DNA of 64,000 nt from Raja brachyura. Its lineage: Eukaryota. The stretch spans positions 81,716,001 to 81,780,000 of the forward strand of contig OY740784.1 in the NCBI GenBank assembly GCA_963514005.1, read 5' to 3'. The notes under the pieces are model-generated. The model did no database searches. It saw nothing but the letters and a program-made list of their open reading frames with translations, and was not told the origin of the DNA. The position numbers and the translations under genes were made by a program. Of this stretch, positions 62,003-64,000 are shown one piece after another. Position 1 is the first letter of the stretch, and every line of letters begins with the position of its first letter.

Positions 62003-62705
62003 GTAAGTTCAAGTGAGTTTATTGTCATGTGTCCCTGATAGGACAATGAAATTCTTGCTTTGTTTCAGCACACAGAACATAGAAAGCATTTACTACAAAA
62101 GAGTTCAGTGTGTCCATATATCATTATATAAATACATACACACATGAATAAATAAACTGATAAAGTGCAAATAACAGATAATGGGTTATTAATGATCAGA
62201 ATTTTGGCTGAGCCAGGTTTAATAGCCTGATGGCTGTGGGGAAGTAGCTATTCCTGAACCTGGTTGTTGCAGTCTTCAGGCTGCTGTACCTTTTACCTGA
62301 AGGTAGCAGGGAGATGAGTGTGTGGCCAGGATGGTGTGGATCCTTGATGATGCTACAGCCTTTTTGAGGCAGCGACTGCGATAAACCCCCTCGATGGAAG
62401 GAAGGTCAGAGCCGATGATGGACTGGGCAGTGTTTACTACTTTTTTGTAGTCTTTTCCACTCCAGGGTGCTCAAGTCGCGGAACCAAGCCACGATGCAAC
62501 TGGTCAGCATGCTCTCTACTGTGCTCCTGCAGTAGTTAGAAAGAGTCCTCCTTGACAAACCGACTCTCCGTAATCTTCTCAGGAAGTAGAGGCGCTGATG
62601 TGCTTTCTTGATAATTGCATTAGTGTTCTTGGACCAGGAAAGATTTTCAGAGATGTGCACACGCAGGAATTTGAAGCTCTTGACCCTTTCAACCATCGAC
62701 CCGTG
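62003..62705 (-). mobile_element. Rex1/Babar-type LINE 3' fragment
   Basis: ORF 62406-62696 VERVKSFKFL..LSWSKNT..KKAHQRLYFLRRLRR..TVESMLTSCIVAW. Confidence 0.9.
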
Positions 62706-63507
62706 AATATAAGCAGCAAACAGAACTTTTGTTTAGTTTTGCGCTATACTGTTTTCTTTTATTTATTGAACTTTTCTTTTTTTGTTTGTTTATTGAGTAT
62801 TATGTTTACAGACCTCTTATGTTGCTCAAGTAAAAAATTCATTGATGCATTTGAGTACATATGACAATTAAACCCTCTTGACTCCTGACTCTCTTGTAAG
62901 ATCCTTTCAAGGATGGAAGTCCTCCTTGATTTATGTCATATTTATAAGAAATTAACTTTTTGGTATTCACTTTTGGTTCAGAGTAGGGTTATTACCAATT
63001 AATGGCATTGACAGAATTTTAATTTTTGGCTATTGAACAAAACTTCAGTAAATGCATGACCTTTTGGTTTCTTTCATAAATTGCAGCTAAGATGCTGATA
63101 ACAATCATTAAAATTCAAAGCGACCCACCCTCTGATTTTACTAATCAGGGTTTTCCCTCTTTCCATGCCCCTCAATCAAATCTCTGACCAGCTCTTCTGT
63201 TACATGCCTTCGAACAAATGGGTTTGGCCAACATAGCATGTGTATATTAAGCAAAATGCATGGTTGAGATTATAAAATGAACTGGGCCAGACTCTGCACC
63301 CATGATGATGCACCACCACATATCAACTCCACATCACTTGGCTTTCAGTGATCTCAAGTCCCCAGCTCACAATCGTCCTGCTGAGAAATGGGGTGGTGAT
63401 GATGACCAGAAATCTAGACTTCCTGCTCAGAGGCACCTTCCTCAGCAATATCCAAACAGTCTTGCACACTTCTGTTACCAAAAGCCTGTTTCACTACGCT
63501 TCATAAA

Positions 63508-64000
63508 TTCATAAGTTCTAGGAGCAGAATAAGGCCTATCAAATTTACTCCCCAGTTCAATCATGGCTGATCTATCTTTCCCTCTCAACCCCATTCTCCT
63601 GCCTTCAATCCATAACCCCTGACACCCTTACTAATCAAGAACCTGCCTATATCTGCCTTGAAAATATACATTGACTTGGCCTCCACAGACTTCTGTGGCA
63701 ATGAATTCCACAGATTCACCACAATCTGACTAAAGAAATCCCTTCTCATCTTTAAAAAGGTACATCCTTTTATTCTGAGGCTATGGCCTCTGGTCCTACT
63801 AGAGTAAACATCATCTCCATATTGACTCTATCCAGGCCTTTCACTATTCAGTAAATTTCAATGAGATCCCCCTTATCCTTCTAAATTCCAGCAAGTACAG
63901 GCCCAGTGCCCCCAAATGCTCACCATATTTGAGGAACCCAATGATTCCAGAATTCTCGTAAACCTCCTCTGTACCCTCAACAATGCCAGCATATCCTTCC
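63508..64000 (-). mobile_element. CR1 3' fragment running off the window end
   Basis: CR1 ORF2 C-terminal and 3' UTR sequence. Confidence 0.85.

Overview
Repeat-rich, apparently intronic or intergenic vertebrate DNA. The repeat complement (HE1/V-SINE-type tRNA SINEs, SacSINE1/Deu-type SINEs, CR1, Rex/Babar, RTE, Penelope-like fragments) suggests a cartilaginous fish, probably a skate or ray; this is inference. I recognise no host protein-coding exon. The only substantial coding sequence is a decayed, 3'-truncated DIRS1-type tyrosine-recombinase retrotransposon (~38462-42947, minus strand: gag, RT/RNase H, N6-adenine-methyltransferase-like domain, YR) lying inside a deleted CR1. Other notable content: eight non-autonomous PIF/Harbinger-type MITEs sharing one TIR (AGGGCCTGTCCCAC, TWA TSD) but with different interiors; one hAT MITE with a perfect 8-bp TSD; many Penelope terminal-repeat fragments carrying a hammerhead-ribozyme-like core, often as palindromic pairs; a GC-rich non-tRNA SINE-like family; several repeat-free blocks that look like conserved non-coding elements; and two assembly gaps. 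Family names come from recalled motifs, not database searches. Boundaries of decayed repeats are approximate.
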